Below are positions 26,035 to 40,140 of a stretch of 64,000 nucleotides of DNA, piece after piece; positions within the stretch are counted from its first letter, which is position 1, and every line of letters begins with the position of its first letter. The translations under genes were made by a program, and so were the position numbers. Below the pieces are notes generated by a model. It worked only from the letters and a program-made list of their open reading frames with translations. It made no database searches and was not told the DNA's origin. Source of the DNA: Macrostomum lignano (lineage: Eukaryota); assembly GCA_002269645.1 (NCBI GenBank), contig NIVC01001338.1:62001-126000 (forward strand), written 5' to 3'.

Positions 26035-29000
26035 GCAGCTTACTGAGCCAATTAAATTTAGCTTACTGAGCTAACTACATGTAGCTTACTGAGCTAACTA
26101 CATGTAGCTTACTGAGCTAACTACATGTAGCTTACTGAGCTAACTACATGTAGCTTACTGAGCCAATTACATGTAGCTTACTGAGCTAACTACATGTAGC
26201 TTACTGAGCTAACTACATGTAGCTTACTGAGACAATTACATGTAGCTTACTGAGCTAACTACATGTAGCTTACTGAGCCAATTAAATGTAGCTTACTGAG
26301 CTAACTACATGTAGCTTACTGAGCTAACTACATGTAGCTTACTGAGCTAACTACATGTAGCTTACTGAGACAATTACATGTAGCTTACTGAGCTAACTAC
26401 ATGTAGCTTACTGAGCCAATTACATGTAGCTTACTGAGCCAATTACATGTAGCTTACTGAGCCAATTACATGTAGCTTACTGAGCCAATTACATGTAGTT
26501 TACTGAGCCAATTACATGTAGCTTACTGAGCCAATTACATGTAGCTTACTGAGACAATTACATGAAGCTTACTGAGCCAATTACATGTAGCTTACTGAGC
26601 CAATTACATGTAGCTTACTGAGCCAATTACATGTAGCTTACTGAGCTAACTACATGTAGCTTACTGAGCCAATTACATGTAGCTTACTGAGCTAACTACA
26701 TGTAGCTTACTGAGACAATTACATGTAGCTTACTGAGCCAATTACAGGTAGTTTTCTTCGGCAATTACATGTAGCTTACTGAGCCAATTACATGTAGCTT
26801 ACTGAGCTAACTACATGTAGCTTACTGAGCCAATTACATGTAGCTTACTGAGCCAATTACATGTAGCTTACTGAGCCAATTACATGTAGCTTACTGAGCC
26901 AATTACATGTAGCTTACTGAGCCAATTACATGTAGCTTACTGAGCTAACTACATGTAGCTTACTGAGACAATTACATGTAGCTTACTGAGCTAACTACAT
27001 GTAGCTTACTGAGACAATTACATGTAGCTTACTGAGCCAATTACATGTAGCTTACTGAGACAATTACATGTAGCTTACTGAGCTAACTACATGTAGCTTA
27101 CTGAGCCAATTACATGTAGCTTACTGAGCCAATTACATGTAGCTTACTGAGCCAATTACATGTAGCTTACTGAGCCAATTACATGTAGCTTACTGAGCCA
27201 ATTACATGTAGCTTACTGAGCCAATTACATGTAGCTTACTGAGACAATTACATGTAGCTTACTGAGCCAATTACATGTAGCTTACTGAGCTAACTACATG
27301 TAGCTTACTGAGACAATTACATGTAGCTTACTGAGCCAATTACATGTAGCTTACTGAGCCAATTACATGTAGCTTACTGAGCCAATTACATGTAGCTTAC
27401 TGAGCTAACTACATGTAGCTTACTGAGCCAATTACATGTACTTACTGAGCCAATTACATGTAGCTTACTGAGCCAATTACATGTAGCTTACTGAGCCAAT
27501 TACATGTAGCTTACTGAGCCAATTACATGTAGCTTACTGAGCCAATTACATGTAGCTTACTGAGCCAATTACATGTAGCTTACTGAGCCAATTACATGTA
27601 GCTTACTGAGCCAATTACATGTAGCTTACTGAGCCAATTACATGTACTTACTGAGCCAATTACATGTAGCTTACTGAGCCAATTACATGTAGCTTACTGA
27701 GCCAATTACATGTAGCTTACTGAGCCAATTACATGTAGCTTACTGAGCCAATTACATGTAGCTTACTGAGCCAATTACATGTAGCTTACTGGGCTAACTA
27801 CATGTAGCTTACTGAGACAATTACATGTAGCTTACTGAGCTAACTACATGTAGCTTACTGAGCTAACTACATGTAGCTTACTGAGCCAATTACATGTAGC
27901 TTACTGAGCTAACTACATGTAGCTTACTGAGCCAATTACATGTAGCTTACTGAGCCAATTACATGTAGCTTACTGAGCCAATTACATGTAGCTTACTGAG
28001 CCAATTACATGTAGCTTACTGAGCCAATTACATGTAGCTTACTGAGCTAACTACATGTAGCTTACTGAGACAATTACATGTAGCTTACTGAGCTAACTAC
28101 ATGTAGCTTACTGAGACAATTACATGTAGCTTACTGAGCTAATTACATGTAGCTTACTGAGCTAATTACATGTAGCTTACTGAGCCAATTACATGTAGCT
28201 TACTGAGCCAATTACATGTAGCTTACTGAGCCAATTACAGGTAGTTTTCTTCGGCAATTACATGTAGCTTACTGAGCCAATTACATGTAGCTTACTGAGC
28301 CAATTACATGTAGCTTACTGAGCCAATTACATGTAGCTTACTGAGCCAATTACATGTAGCTTACTGAGCCAATTACATGTAGCTTACTGAGCTAACTACA
28401 TGTAGCTTACTGAGCCAATTACATGTAGCTTACTGAGCCAATTACATGTAGCTTACTGAGCCAATTACATGTAGCTTACTGAGCCAATTACATGTAGCTT
28501 ACTGAGCCAATTACATGTAGCTTACTGAGCTAACTACATGTAGCTTACTGAGCCAATTACATGTAGCTTACTGAGCTAACTACATGTAGCTTACTGAGAC
28601 AATTACATGTAGCTTACTGAGCTAACTACATGTAGCTTACTGAGCTAACTACATGTAGCTTACTGAGCTAACTACATGTAGCTTACTGAGCTAACTACAT
28701 GTAGCTTACTGAGCTAACTACATGTAGCTTACTGAGCTAACTACATGTAGCTTACTGAGCCAATTACATGTAGCTTACTGAGCCAATTACATGTAGCTTA
28801 CTGAGCCAATTACATGTAGCTTACTGAGCCAATTACATGTAGCTTACTGAGCCAATTACATGTAGCTTACTGAGCCAATTACATGTAGCTTACTGAGCCA
28901 ATTACATGTAGCTTACTGAGCCAATTACATGCAGCTTACTGAGCCAATTACATGTAGCTTACTGAGACAATTACATGTAGCTTACTGAGCCAATTACATG

Positions 29001-32000
29001 TAGCTTACTGAGCCAATTACATGTAGCTTACTGAGACAATTACATGTAGCTTACTGAGCCAATTACATGTAGCTTACTGAGACAATTACATGTAGCTTAC
29101 TGAGCCAATTACATGTAGCTTACTGAGCCAATTACATGTAGCTTACTGAGCTAACTACATGTAGCTTACTGAGCCAATTACATGTAGCTTACTGAGCTAA
29201 CTACATGTAGCTTACTGAGACAATTACATGTAGCTTACTGAGCTAACTACATGTAGCTTACTGAGCTAACTACATGTAGCTTACTGAGCTAACTACATGT
29301 AGCTTACTGAGCTAACTACATGTAGCTTACTGAGCTAACTACATGTAGCTTACTGAGCCAATTACATGTAGCTTACTGAGCCAATTACATGTAGCTTACT
29401 GAGCCAATTACATGTAGCTTACTGAGCCAATTACATGTAGCTTACTGAGCCAATTACATGTAGCTTACTGAGCCAATTACATGTACTTACTGAGCCAATT
29501 ACATGTAGCTTACTGAGCCAATTACATGTAGCTTACTGAGCCAATTACATGTAGCTTACTGAGCCAATTACATGTACTTACTGAGCCAATTACATGTAGC
29601 TTACTGAGCCAATTACATGTAGCTTACTGAGCCAATTACATGTAGCTTACTGAGCCAATTACATGTACTTACTGAGCCAATTACATGTAGCTTACTGAGC
29701 CAATTACATGTAGCTTACTGAGCCAATTACATGTAGCTTACTGAGCCAATTACATGTAGCTTACTGAGCCAATTACATGTAGCTTACTGAGCCAATTACA
29801 TGTAGCTTACTGAGCCAATTACATGTAGCTTACTGAGCCAATTACATGTAGCTTACTGAGCCAATTACATGTAGCTTACTGAGCCAATTACAGGTAGTTT
29901 TCTTCGGCAATTACATGTAGCTTACTGAGCCAATTACATGTAGCTTACTGAGCCAATTACATGTAGCTTACTGAGCCAATTACATGTACTTACTGAGCTA
30001 ATTACATGTAGCTTACTGAGCTAATTACATGTAGCTTACTGAGCCAATTACATGTAGCTTACTGAGCCAATTACATGTAGCTTACTGAGCCAATTACAGG
30101 TAGTTTTCTTCGGCAATTACATGTAGCTTACTGAGCCAATTACATGTAGCTTACTGAGCCAATTACATGTAGCTTACTGAGCCAATTACATGTAGCTTAC
30201 TGAGCCAATTACATGTAGCTTACTGAGCCAATTACATGTAGCTTACTGAGCTAACTACATGTAGCTTACTGAGCCAATTACATGTAGCTTACTGAGCCAA
30301 TTACATGTAGCTTACTGAGCCAATTACATGTAGCTTACTGAGCCAATTACATGTAGCTTACTGAGCCAATTACATGTAGCTTACTGAGCTAACTACATGT
30401 AGCTTACTGAGCCAATTACATGTAGCTTACTGAGCTAACTACATGTAGCTTACTGAGACAATTACATGTAGCTTACTGAGCTAACTACATGTAGCTTACT
30501 GAGCTAACTACATGTAGCTTACTGAGCTAACTACATGTAGCTTACTGAGCTAACTACATGTAGCTTACTGAGCTAACTACATGTAGCTTACTGAGCTAAC
30601 TACATGTAGCTTACTGAGCCAATTACATGTAGCTTACTGAGCCAATTACATGTAGCTTACTGAGCCAATTACATGTAGCTTACTGAGCCAATTACATGTA
30701 GCTTACTGAGCAATTACATGTAGCTTACTGAGCCAATTACATGTAGCTTACTGAGCTAACTACATGTAGCTTACTGAGACAATTACATGTAGCTTACTGA
30801 GCCAATTACATGTAGCTTACTGAGCCAATTACATGTAGCTTACTGAGCCAATTACATGTAGCTTACTGAGCCAATTACATGTAGCTTACTGAGCCAATTA
30901 CATGTAGCTTACTGAGCCAATTACATGTACTTACTGAGCCAATTACATGTAGCTTACTGAGCCAATTACATGTAGCTTACTGAGCCAATTACATGTAGCT
31001 TACTGAGCCAATTACATGTAGCTTACTGAGCCAATTACATGTAGCTTACTGAGCCAATTACATGTAGCTTACTGAGCCAATTACATGTAGCTTACTGAGC
31101 CAATTACATGTAGCTTACTGAGCCAATTACATGTAGCTTACTGAGCCAATTACATGTAGCTTACTGAGCCAATTACATGTAGCTTACTGAGCCAATTACA
31201 TGTAGCTTACTGAGCCAATTACATGTAGCTTACTGAGCCAATTACATGTAGCTTACTGAGCCAATTACATGTAGCTTACTGAGCCAATTACATGTAGCTT
31301 ACTGAGCCAATTACATGTAGCTTACTGAGCCAATTACATGTAGCTTACTGAGCCAATTACATGTAGCTTACTGAGCCAATTACATGTAGCTTACTGAGAC
31401 AATTACATGTAGCTTACTGAGCCAATTACATGTAGCTTACTGAGCCAATTACATGTAGCTTACTGAGACAATTACATGTAGCTTACTGAGCCAATTACAT
31501 GTAGCTTACTGAGACAATTACATGTAGCTTACTGAGCCAATTACATGTAGCTTACTGAGCCAATTACATGTAGCTTACTGAGCTAACTACATGTAGCTTA
31601 CTGAGCCAATTACATGTAGCTTACTGAGCTAACTACATGTAGCTTACTGAGCAATTACATGTAGCTTACTGAGCTAACTACATGTAGCTTACTGAGCTAA
31701 CTACATGTAGCTTACTGAGCTAACTACATGTAGCTTACTGAGCTAACTACATGTAGCTTACTGAGCTAACTACATGTAGCTTACTGAGCTAACTACATGT
31801 AGCTTACTGAGCCAATTACATGTAGCTTACTGAGCCAATTACATGTAGCTTACTGAGCCAATTACATGTAGCTTACTGAGCCAATTACATGTAGCTTACT
31901 GAGCCAATTACATGTAGCTTACTGAGCCAATTACATGTAGCTTACTGAGCCAATTACATGTAGCTTACTGAGCCAATTACATGTAGCTTACTGAGCCAAT

Positions 32001-34455
32001 TACATGTAGCTTACTGAGCCAATTACATGTAGCTTACTGAGCCAATTACATGTAGCTTACTGAGCCAATTACATGTAGCTTACTGAGCCAATTACATGTA
32101 GCTTACTGAGCCAATTACATGTAGCTTACTGAGCCAATTACATGTAGCTTACTGAGCCAATTACATGTAGCTTACTGAGCCAATTACATGTAGCTTACTG
32201 AGCCAATTACATGTAGCTTACTGAGCCAATTACATGTAGCTTACTGAGCCAATTACATGTAGCTTACTGAGCCAATTACATGTAGCTTACTGAGCCAATT
32301 ACATGTAGCTTACTGAGCCAATTACATGTAGCTTACTGAGCCAATTACAGTAGTTTTCTTCGGCAATTACATGTAGCTTACTGAGCCAATTACATGTAGC
32401 TTACTGAGCCAATTACATGTAGCTTACTGAGCCAATTACATGTAGCTTACTGAGCTAATTACATGTAGCTTACTGAGCTAATTACATGTAGCTTACTGAG
32501 CCAATTACATGTAGCTTACTGAGCCAATTACATGTAGCTTACTGAGCCAATTACATGTAGCTTACTGAGCCAATTACATGTAGCTTACTGAGCCAATTAC
32601 ATGTAGCTTACTGAGCCAATTACATGTAGCTTACTGAGCCAATTACATGTAGCTTACTGAGCCAATTACATGTAGCTTACTGAGCCAATTACATGTAGCT
32701 TACTGAGCTAATACATGTAGCTTACTGAGCCAATTACATGTAGCTTACTGAGCCAATTACATGTAGCTTACTGAGCCAATTACATGTAGCTTACTGAGCC
32801 AATTACATGTAGCTTACTGAGCCAATTACATGTAGCTTACTGAGCTAACTACATGTAGCTTACTGAGCCAATTACATGTAGCTTACTGAGCTAACTACAT
32901 GTAGCTTACTGAGCTAATTACATGTAGCTTACTGAGCTAACTACATGTAGCTTACTGAGCTAACTACATGTAGCTTACTGAGCTAACTACATGTAGCTTA
33001 CTGAGCTAACTACATGTAGCTTACTGAGCTAACTACATGTAGCTTACTGAGCCAATTACATGTAGCTTACTGAGCCAATTACATGTAGCTTACTGAGCCA
33101 ATTACATGTAGCTTACTGAGCCAATTACATGTAGCTTACTGAGCCAATTACATGTAGCTTACTGAGCCAATTACATGTAGCTTACTGAGCCAATTACATG
33201 TAGCTTACTGAGCCAATTACATGTAGCTTACTGAGCCAATTACATGTAGCTTACTGAGCCAATTACATGTAGCTTACTGAGCCAATTACATGTAGCTTAC
33301 TGAGCCAATTACATGTAGCTTACTGAGCCAATTACATGTAGCTTACTGAGCCAATTACATGTAGCTTACTGAGCTAACTACATGTAGCTTACTGAGCTAA
33401 CTACATGTAGCTTACTGAGCCAATTACATGTAGCTTACTGAGCCAATTACATGTAGCTTACTGAGCCAATTACAGGTAGTTTTCTTCGGCAATTACATGT
33501 AGCTTACTGAGCCAATTACATGTAGCTTACTGAGCCAATTACATGTACTTACTGAGCCAATTACATGTAGCTTACTGAGCCAATTACATGTAGCTTACTG
33601 AGCCAATTACATGTAGCTTACTGAGCCAATTACATGTAGCTTACTGAGCCAATTACATGTAGCTTACTGAGCCAATTACATGTAGCTTACTGAGCCAATT
33701 ACATGTAGCTTACTGAGCCAATTACAGGTAGTTTTCTTCGGCAATTACATGTAGCTTACTGAGCCAATTACATGTAGCTTACTGAGCCAATTACATGTAG
33801 CTTACTGAGCCAATTACATGTAGCTTACTGAGCCAATTACATGTAGCTTACTGAGCCAATTACATGTAGCTTACTGAGCTAACTACATGTAGCTTACTGA
33901 GCCAATTACATGTAGCTTACTGAGCTAACTACATGTAGCTTACTGAGACAATTACATGTAGCTTACTGAGCTAACTACATGTAGCTTACTGAGCTAACTA
34001 CATGTAGCTTACTGAGCCAATTACATGTAGCTTACTGAGCCAATTACATGTAGCTTACTGAGCCAATTACAGGTAGTTTTCTTCGGCAATTACATGTAGC
34101 TTACTGAGCCAATTACATGTAGCTTAATGAGCCAATTACATGTAGCTTACTGAGCCAATTACATGTAGCTTACTGAGCCAATTACATGTAGCTTACTGAG
34201 CCAATTACATGTAGCTTACTGAGCCAATTACATGTAGCTTACTGAGCCAATTACATGTAGCTTACTGAGCCAATTACATGTAGCTTACTGAGCTAACTAC
34301 ATGTAGCTTACTCAGCTAATTACATGTAGCTTACTGAGCCAATTACATGTAGCTTACTGAGCCAATTACATGTAGCTTACTGAGCCAATTACATGTAGCT
34401 TACTGAGCCAATTACATGTAGCTTACTGAGCCAATTACATGTAGCTTACTGAGCT
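26035..34455. repeat. 23-bp satellite array (GAGCCAATTACATGTAGCTTACT), about 366 units
   Basis: Head-to-tail units without spacers; variants GAGCTAACT, GAGACAATT and GAGCTAATT; palindromic core TACATGTA. Confidence 0.99.
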
Positions 34456-34765
34456 CAGGTTATTGAGCTCATCTAGCTTAGCCCTGCATTTTTTATAAAT
34501 TAAACTTTTTAATAGATAATTAAGTCATCAAAAGCCATCTTGTTTATGCCCATTTTGTTTTATCAGCAGATGGATTAACTTCGTTTATTTAAAGCTCTCA
34601 ATATGGGTTGATTCTTGCGCTCTCGATGTCGCAACTTGCCACCAAAATCACTGATCAAAATTGTCTCTTTTCATGTTGTTCGCTTTCCAGCTCTTAAGCA
34701 ATGCTGAGATCATTAGGTAGTTAGCTGGTTCGCAAGATTCGGTGGATCCGATCAGTTCCAGTTAA

Positions 34766-35151
34766 TTAACAGCTGTAGCAGGGACAACGTTCGTCCACAT
34801 AATTGCTGTAATACTTTTGTTCGCTGACGCAGTACCTGCGGTAGCGACCGCCTTGATGGATGCAGTGGATTGTACAGATGATTTCCCAGGTGTTTCTAGG
34901 GTCTGAAAAAAACACAAATAGTTTACTAGGCATTGGTTAGAAAGATTTAGAAAGAATTTTGAAACATTTGCATCTTTAGTCCGACTCTAAAAACGGTTCA
35001 ACTTACACACGACATTGCTGGGCAGGCGTCTCTTGTTGGCCAGGTGGTCGCTAGCGGCCGGTTCAATCAGCGGATGGTTCCTGCTGATAGGCGAGGCACT
35101 AGAAGCAGCAAAGCCCAACAGACAGACGGTACCAAGCAGCAGCAGATTCAT
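34766..35151 (-). CDS. Small secreted Cys-rich defensin-like peptide precursor (93 aa)
   Basis: Exon 35151-35007 (145 nt, donor GTAAGT), 104-bp intron, exon 34902-34766 (TTTTTTCAG acceptor). Translation: MNLLLLGTVCLLGFAASSASPISRNHPLIEPAASDHLANKRRLPSNVVYPRNTWEIICTIHCIHQGGRYRRYCVSEQKYYSNYVDERCPCYSC*. Confidence 0.8.
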
Positions 35152-38100
35152 GCTAGATCTTTCGAATTGAGAGGTTGCAGTTTTGCCAAGTTATCTTTGC
35201 GAGTGTTGGCTCCGCTCTCCCGGATCTGCCGCTCCGCTTAAAAACGCAGCCGGGAATCACGCGCCTGCCAAGTGCTGCGTCGGCGTTGCCAATCGTCGGC
35301 GCTGAAGCTGGATCGAGTTGGAAGCTCAAACAAACCTACACCAATTTCCATGAAGGTACCAGCATGGAATTGGCGCCAAAATGGAAGCTTGCCATTGTAA
35401 TTGGCGCCGCCTTCGCGGGTGCTCTTCTACAATCGCGCGTAAACGGTAATTATAAGCAATCAAAAACGCCTACGTATCTTCAGCTGCAGAAGCAGAGTGA
35501 GGGAGCGATCGGATGCCTGCATCAGCTTAATTTGAAGATTAAAGAGTCGGCTCGTCCTTAGAAAATTCTAGAACAGTGTTTACACAGGGAAGCTGCAGCT
35601 TTACTTGTAAACAAGAGTCACCTCGCCCCTCTGGGCCAAGGCGGCCCTGGTGCAAGTAAATGCATGCACAGAGCTGCTTTCCAGCGGTCAAGACGGATGT
35701 CCGGGACGTGAGCCGCGCTTTCCTGCTGCAGGAGCCAAAAGGACCAAACGAAGCACCGCATCATCAAGCAAGGGACAACTGGCAACCCCGTGGAATCCAC
35801 TGACTTCACTGACGGGTCCCAAATCAACTCTGCGTCTGGCTGTGGCTATCGCCGGAGTCCGGGGGGATCTGTGGCAAACTTCCCAATGTTCTTCTAACTG
35901 CACATTGAACACAATCAATGACGTAAGAGTCAGATGCGTTTACCGCTGAGATAAGGCACTCGCCCAGAGTCGGGTAATTCTAGCACACGACCAGGCGTCG
36001 AACGGCCGCGGATTGGACAGCCGGTTGCGAGGAGATGAATCAGTTCTTGTCCTCCCTTTCTCTGCGTGGGAAAAACTAAAAGACACCTGCACACCAGAAT
36101 CAGGGAGCACTGGCTCAATTAACCGTTGGCAATCCAAACTCACCTCTTAGATTGCAGCAGTTGCTCCAATTGTAAAGCTGAGGAATGCTTCAAAGACATT
36201 GACCATTGCTCATTTGACTGCATTAAATCTCAGTCCCCCAGCCTAACACTCAACTTCAATATACGAGCGTAGTAGTGGCGCTGGTCATGTTCTCGGCGTG
36301 TTCTAAGACATTCTGTGTAGTTGGCTGCAACCCAAACCACCCGTCCCTGTGGACCTTGCCTTTCGATTACGGACTAAATTTATATAAATGTCATCACATT
36401 CATTCACTCGCAACCTACTCGTTAGTAATTAAATAAACCTCAACATGCACACTGTAGTGCGACACGCGTTATTTTCATTAAACCAATGTTGATTTTCGGT
36501 TTCCTCTTCTTGCTGCTTGCCAAGCGAGCTAGCTTACAAGATCACGGATAATATTCTTACTTATCTACTAGTGCCCTGAATTTAGTCGCACGAATTCTAG
36601 CATCGCGACAATGCAGCAGAATCTTTTTGTTCAGCGTTTTCTGACTTTGATGTATCTCTCCATCAAACTATATACTTAGCTTACAGCAACAGTCAATAGA
36701 AGCGAGTAAATTGGAGTCAAAAAGACAACTTTTGACTCCAATTTGGAGTCAAAGACAAACAAAGTCGACAATTTTTTTCAACTGAATGAAAAGCAGAAAA
36801 ACAAGCACATGACAAACGACTGTTTCAAATGCAGATTTTTAAAAGACTCGCTATGCGCAGTGTCGCTTTGCGTCTATTCAGTGAGTGAGGAGCCATTGGG
36901 ACAGAACAACAACTCTCAGAATAGAGAATAATAGATTTTTGTCGGGGGGCTGCTAGCCAGACAATGGTGGATCCTGCATCCTGGATGCTGAAACAGAAGA
37001 CATATCTTAACTACAGAGCTGAAAGCAGAGACAATGCAGTAACCAATTAAATGACTGATTGTGCCGAACTCAAATGCAGCGCTGGAAGCGCCTAACGGAT
37101 CAACACAGTTTTTCCTCACAAAGCAAAACAACTCAAAGACTCGCTTTCTTGATCTGCACGGCATCTGTGAAGTCATTGCTATGCACTTTTGGTGACAATA
37201 ACACGCGCGTGGGATGCGTGGTAATGTCATTTTGGATATAAACACGAAACGGCAATTTGAACAATAACAAAGGGTAAATTTTATTTTTTGATGTTAGGTA
37301 GAAAAACATCAAAAACTGTTCAACAAAGAAATCGCATGTTAATCAGTTAATACCAGGCCTACACAGTAACGTCACTCAGAAAGAATATCAATCAGATTTC
37401 GACTGCCGCCAATGGTCACTTTCATCTTCTTTGACGGAGCAGCCTGCACACGTAGTGCGCTGTCGGTCTGGACAGGCTCTTGATAAGCATCCGCACATTC
37501 TTCCAATGTAGCTTCGCTTATTGTGGTTGGAGTTTGGACGAGCAAGCTTAACAATCTCATTAGTTTCGGAAACTGTATGATTCAGCGCCTGATCCACAGC
37601 CAGAGATGCCCTATACAAACTGCGATCACGACGCCTTGCAATAAGTAGCGTTTAACAGTTCGCTCACACTTTTGCCCAGTGATGAGCAAGATCTCCTGGA
37701 TAGTCTGGCCAAAGGCATCCTACAGGTGGCACGCTCTAGTTACTCTGCAGTTTAAAAGAAAAGTTGGCAACTGATTTGTCTAGATGCAAATGTGTTCACA
37801 GAGAAACATTATAATTATGGTGGGCAAAAGTACAGGTCAGACTACCTACCATTTGCAGCGGTCGGTTTACACCTTAGTAAGGCCTGCTTTCTCACTGACG
37901 TTCTTCATAAACTCAAGAAGATAGCGAAAGCCTCTAGCAGTTTTCTCGGAGAATCTATAGCGGTTCCCGTCTCGACTGTCTAATGGCTTGGGCATGAATG
38001 ACGTGCAAATCAAGTCGAACTCGCCGGATGTTACTCCTGAAATCTCACCATTCGGTATTGCTCCGTAGTTAACTAGAGGAAGCAGAACTTCTGCCACTGT

Positions 38101-39054
38101 AGTTGGCTCTGCGTCAGCCATGGCGATTTCGTTTGTGTAAATGAAAGATCCAAGCAATCAAAGCTACTACGTCTTTTTCTACTCAGCTCTATTAAACCTT
38201 CCCTCTCTTTATGGGATTGTAGTAGGGCATTATTTTAGGAACGGGGAATTTTGCAGGTTTAAATATGCTTTTACCCTACTATCAGTAGTCAACCCGGGGA
38301 AATAATTAGCGGCAGGGTTAAGTGGATAAAATTGGGGTTCCTTTAGAACTACAGAGCAGTTGGGCTCTTGGGAAAGAAAGTGTCTTCGAACTTGAAAAAT
38401 TCACAAGAAAAGCGGTAAGAAGGGGAAATAAATAAAGAAATATAATTTAGGCTTGCACAGAGGAGTCTTGCCTCTAATTCTATAACTGGGAGTCTTGCCC
38501 AAGCACTATAGCGGGAATAAGGAAATAGGGAATTAATGTAAAAGCAAAACTAACTTTTGTACCGTAATTCACTTTTTTTTATTATTAAAACTTTTGTACT
38601 AACTAAATCTAAATTGGTGTCCTGACTCAGTTCTTTAAACCTAAAGCTAGAATTAGGGAACAGCAGGAACCTGGTGGCAGCGAACTACCAAAAGTCTCAA
38701 CCAGTAGGAAGTAAAATCCACTAGTAAGAATCCTTAGCAATACAAACCAGTAGCCTAACCGCAACCACGTCCATCCCAGGATCAAAAAACTACAGTTCGT
38801 ATTAATGTCGATGTGGACCATAGACTAAAATTTATTTACATTTAGTTAATGGTAGAAAGTGAGGGCTTCGCCCCCACACCCCCATTCTCACTCTCCCCCA
38901 CCTCGACTCCTTCCGGCGTCAACTAATGCCATGCCATAGACGAAAGCGCATAGCAATGTTTCTACTGCACTATTTTTGAGTGTTAATGTCATTACCAGAA
39001 GAATATATCATTGTAATTATACTTTTACCCAGACGCAATGAAAAAATATTTTGG

Positions 39055-39907
39055 CCATTATTCCACAGTTTTGATGTGTACCATAGACATTTGGATTGAA
39101 AAAATCCATCGCTCAGTATTTTTGTTAATAAATACAGAACAACAAGAAGTAAATGAACTAAAAGAAAAAATCATTAAAACTAAAGTACCAGCTACACGAA
39201 AAGAGTTAATAATAAATGTCACAGCTAGTGCAGTTCATCAGTTTGTAGCCGAAATTTGACAATGTAAAAATCAATTTGTCACCCAAAGTGAAACATGCAC
39301 AGTTCTCAAAGCCGCAGTTTCCAAAGATGCTCGACACTTTAGCCTGATGATTTGGCACTGCAAAAGGAGTTGGTCTATGTTGAATGTTTTCTATGAAAGA
39401 GAAATACAGGTGCTCAAGTATAGTTGCCGAACTTACCATTTGAAAGATGCACGACTTGGTTAAGTTGGCATGAGACTGATGAGCTTCGTCTGATGAGCTT
39501 CTTTGGTACCGCAGTATCCAAGCTGGGATTCTTTGGGACTGTCGGCTGCTCGACTGAATCGATTGGCCGCTTTCAGGCATCGTTTATAGCCGTCGAGGCG
39601 TTAAGGACTGCATGGTCGCGTTTTCTTCCTAGGTAGCGCCGCACGGTTCGTTCAGTCGTCGACAGGAAGATTTTTTCAATTAATAAGCGCGGCTGTTTGA
39701 CGAGATGCACCAGCCATGGTTGTTTGACAAGACAAATAGCTTTTTCTCCCACTACTCGCTTTCCTGATTTCTTGCAAGACGCAAGCAAAATCAGCACTCA
39801 TCACAGTGTTGTCTATGGTCAAACTAAGCCACACAACTCAGTCGTCTATGGGTAAAACAACTCTTAAAACAGCCAATTGAAGCATGATAAAAAGTGTGGA
39901 ATAATGG
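39055..39907. mobile_element. Putative non-autonomous DNA element with 13-bp terminal inverted repeats
   Basis: CCATTATTCCACA (39055-39067) and TGTGGAATAATGG (39895-39907); inverted CCATAGAC/GTCTATGG motifs inside; an HTH-like fragment STTERTVRRYL on the minus strand. No TSD confirmed. Confidence 0.4.
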
Positions 39908-40140
39908 ATAAATAATCAGCGGTCCCAGTGCGTGATAACGCGTTTGTCTGGCGAGCGCCGGTAGGCGCGAGCCATAGACAAATCGTTGTCACGTGCTGCG
40001 ACCGTTGATTCTTTGCATTGTTTTTCTGTTTGACGATCCTACAGACAATGCATTGTTTGTAGTAGTGGATTGCTCTGCATTAAAAATGTAAATAATGACC
40101 GTCAAATTGCTAAACAATGACAGCGACAAAAGTGTGGAAT

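Noticed and set aside
26035-34455. CRISPR-like array (short repeat with a palindromic core)
   Set aside because: Units are head-to-tail with no unique spacers, there are no cas genes, and the context is eukaryotic.
35600-36360. Short ORFs with a faint TPR-like look
   Set aside because: Stops in all frames and no convincing motif.
36900-38160. Minus-strand ORF fragments (MADAEPTT.., LYRASLAVDQ.., PSKKMKV..)
   Set aside because: No consistent splice or phase model and no recognisable domain; possibly a decayed gene.
39470-39510. CTGATGAG twice (hammerhead ribozyme core)
   Set aside because: No GAAA and no stem II/III arrangement follows.
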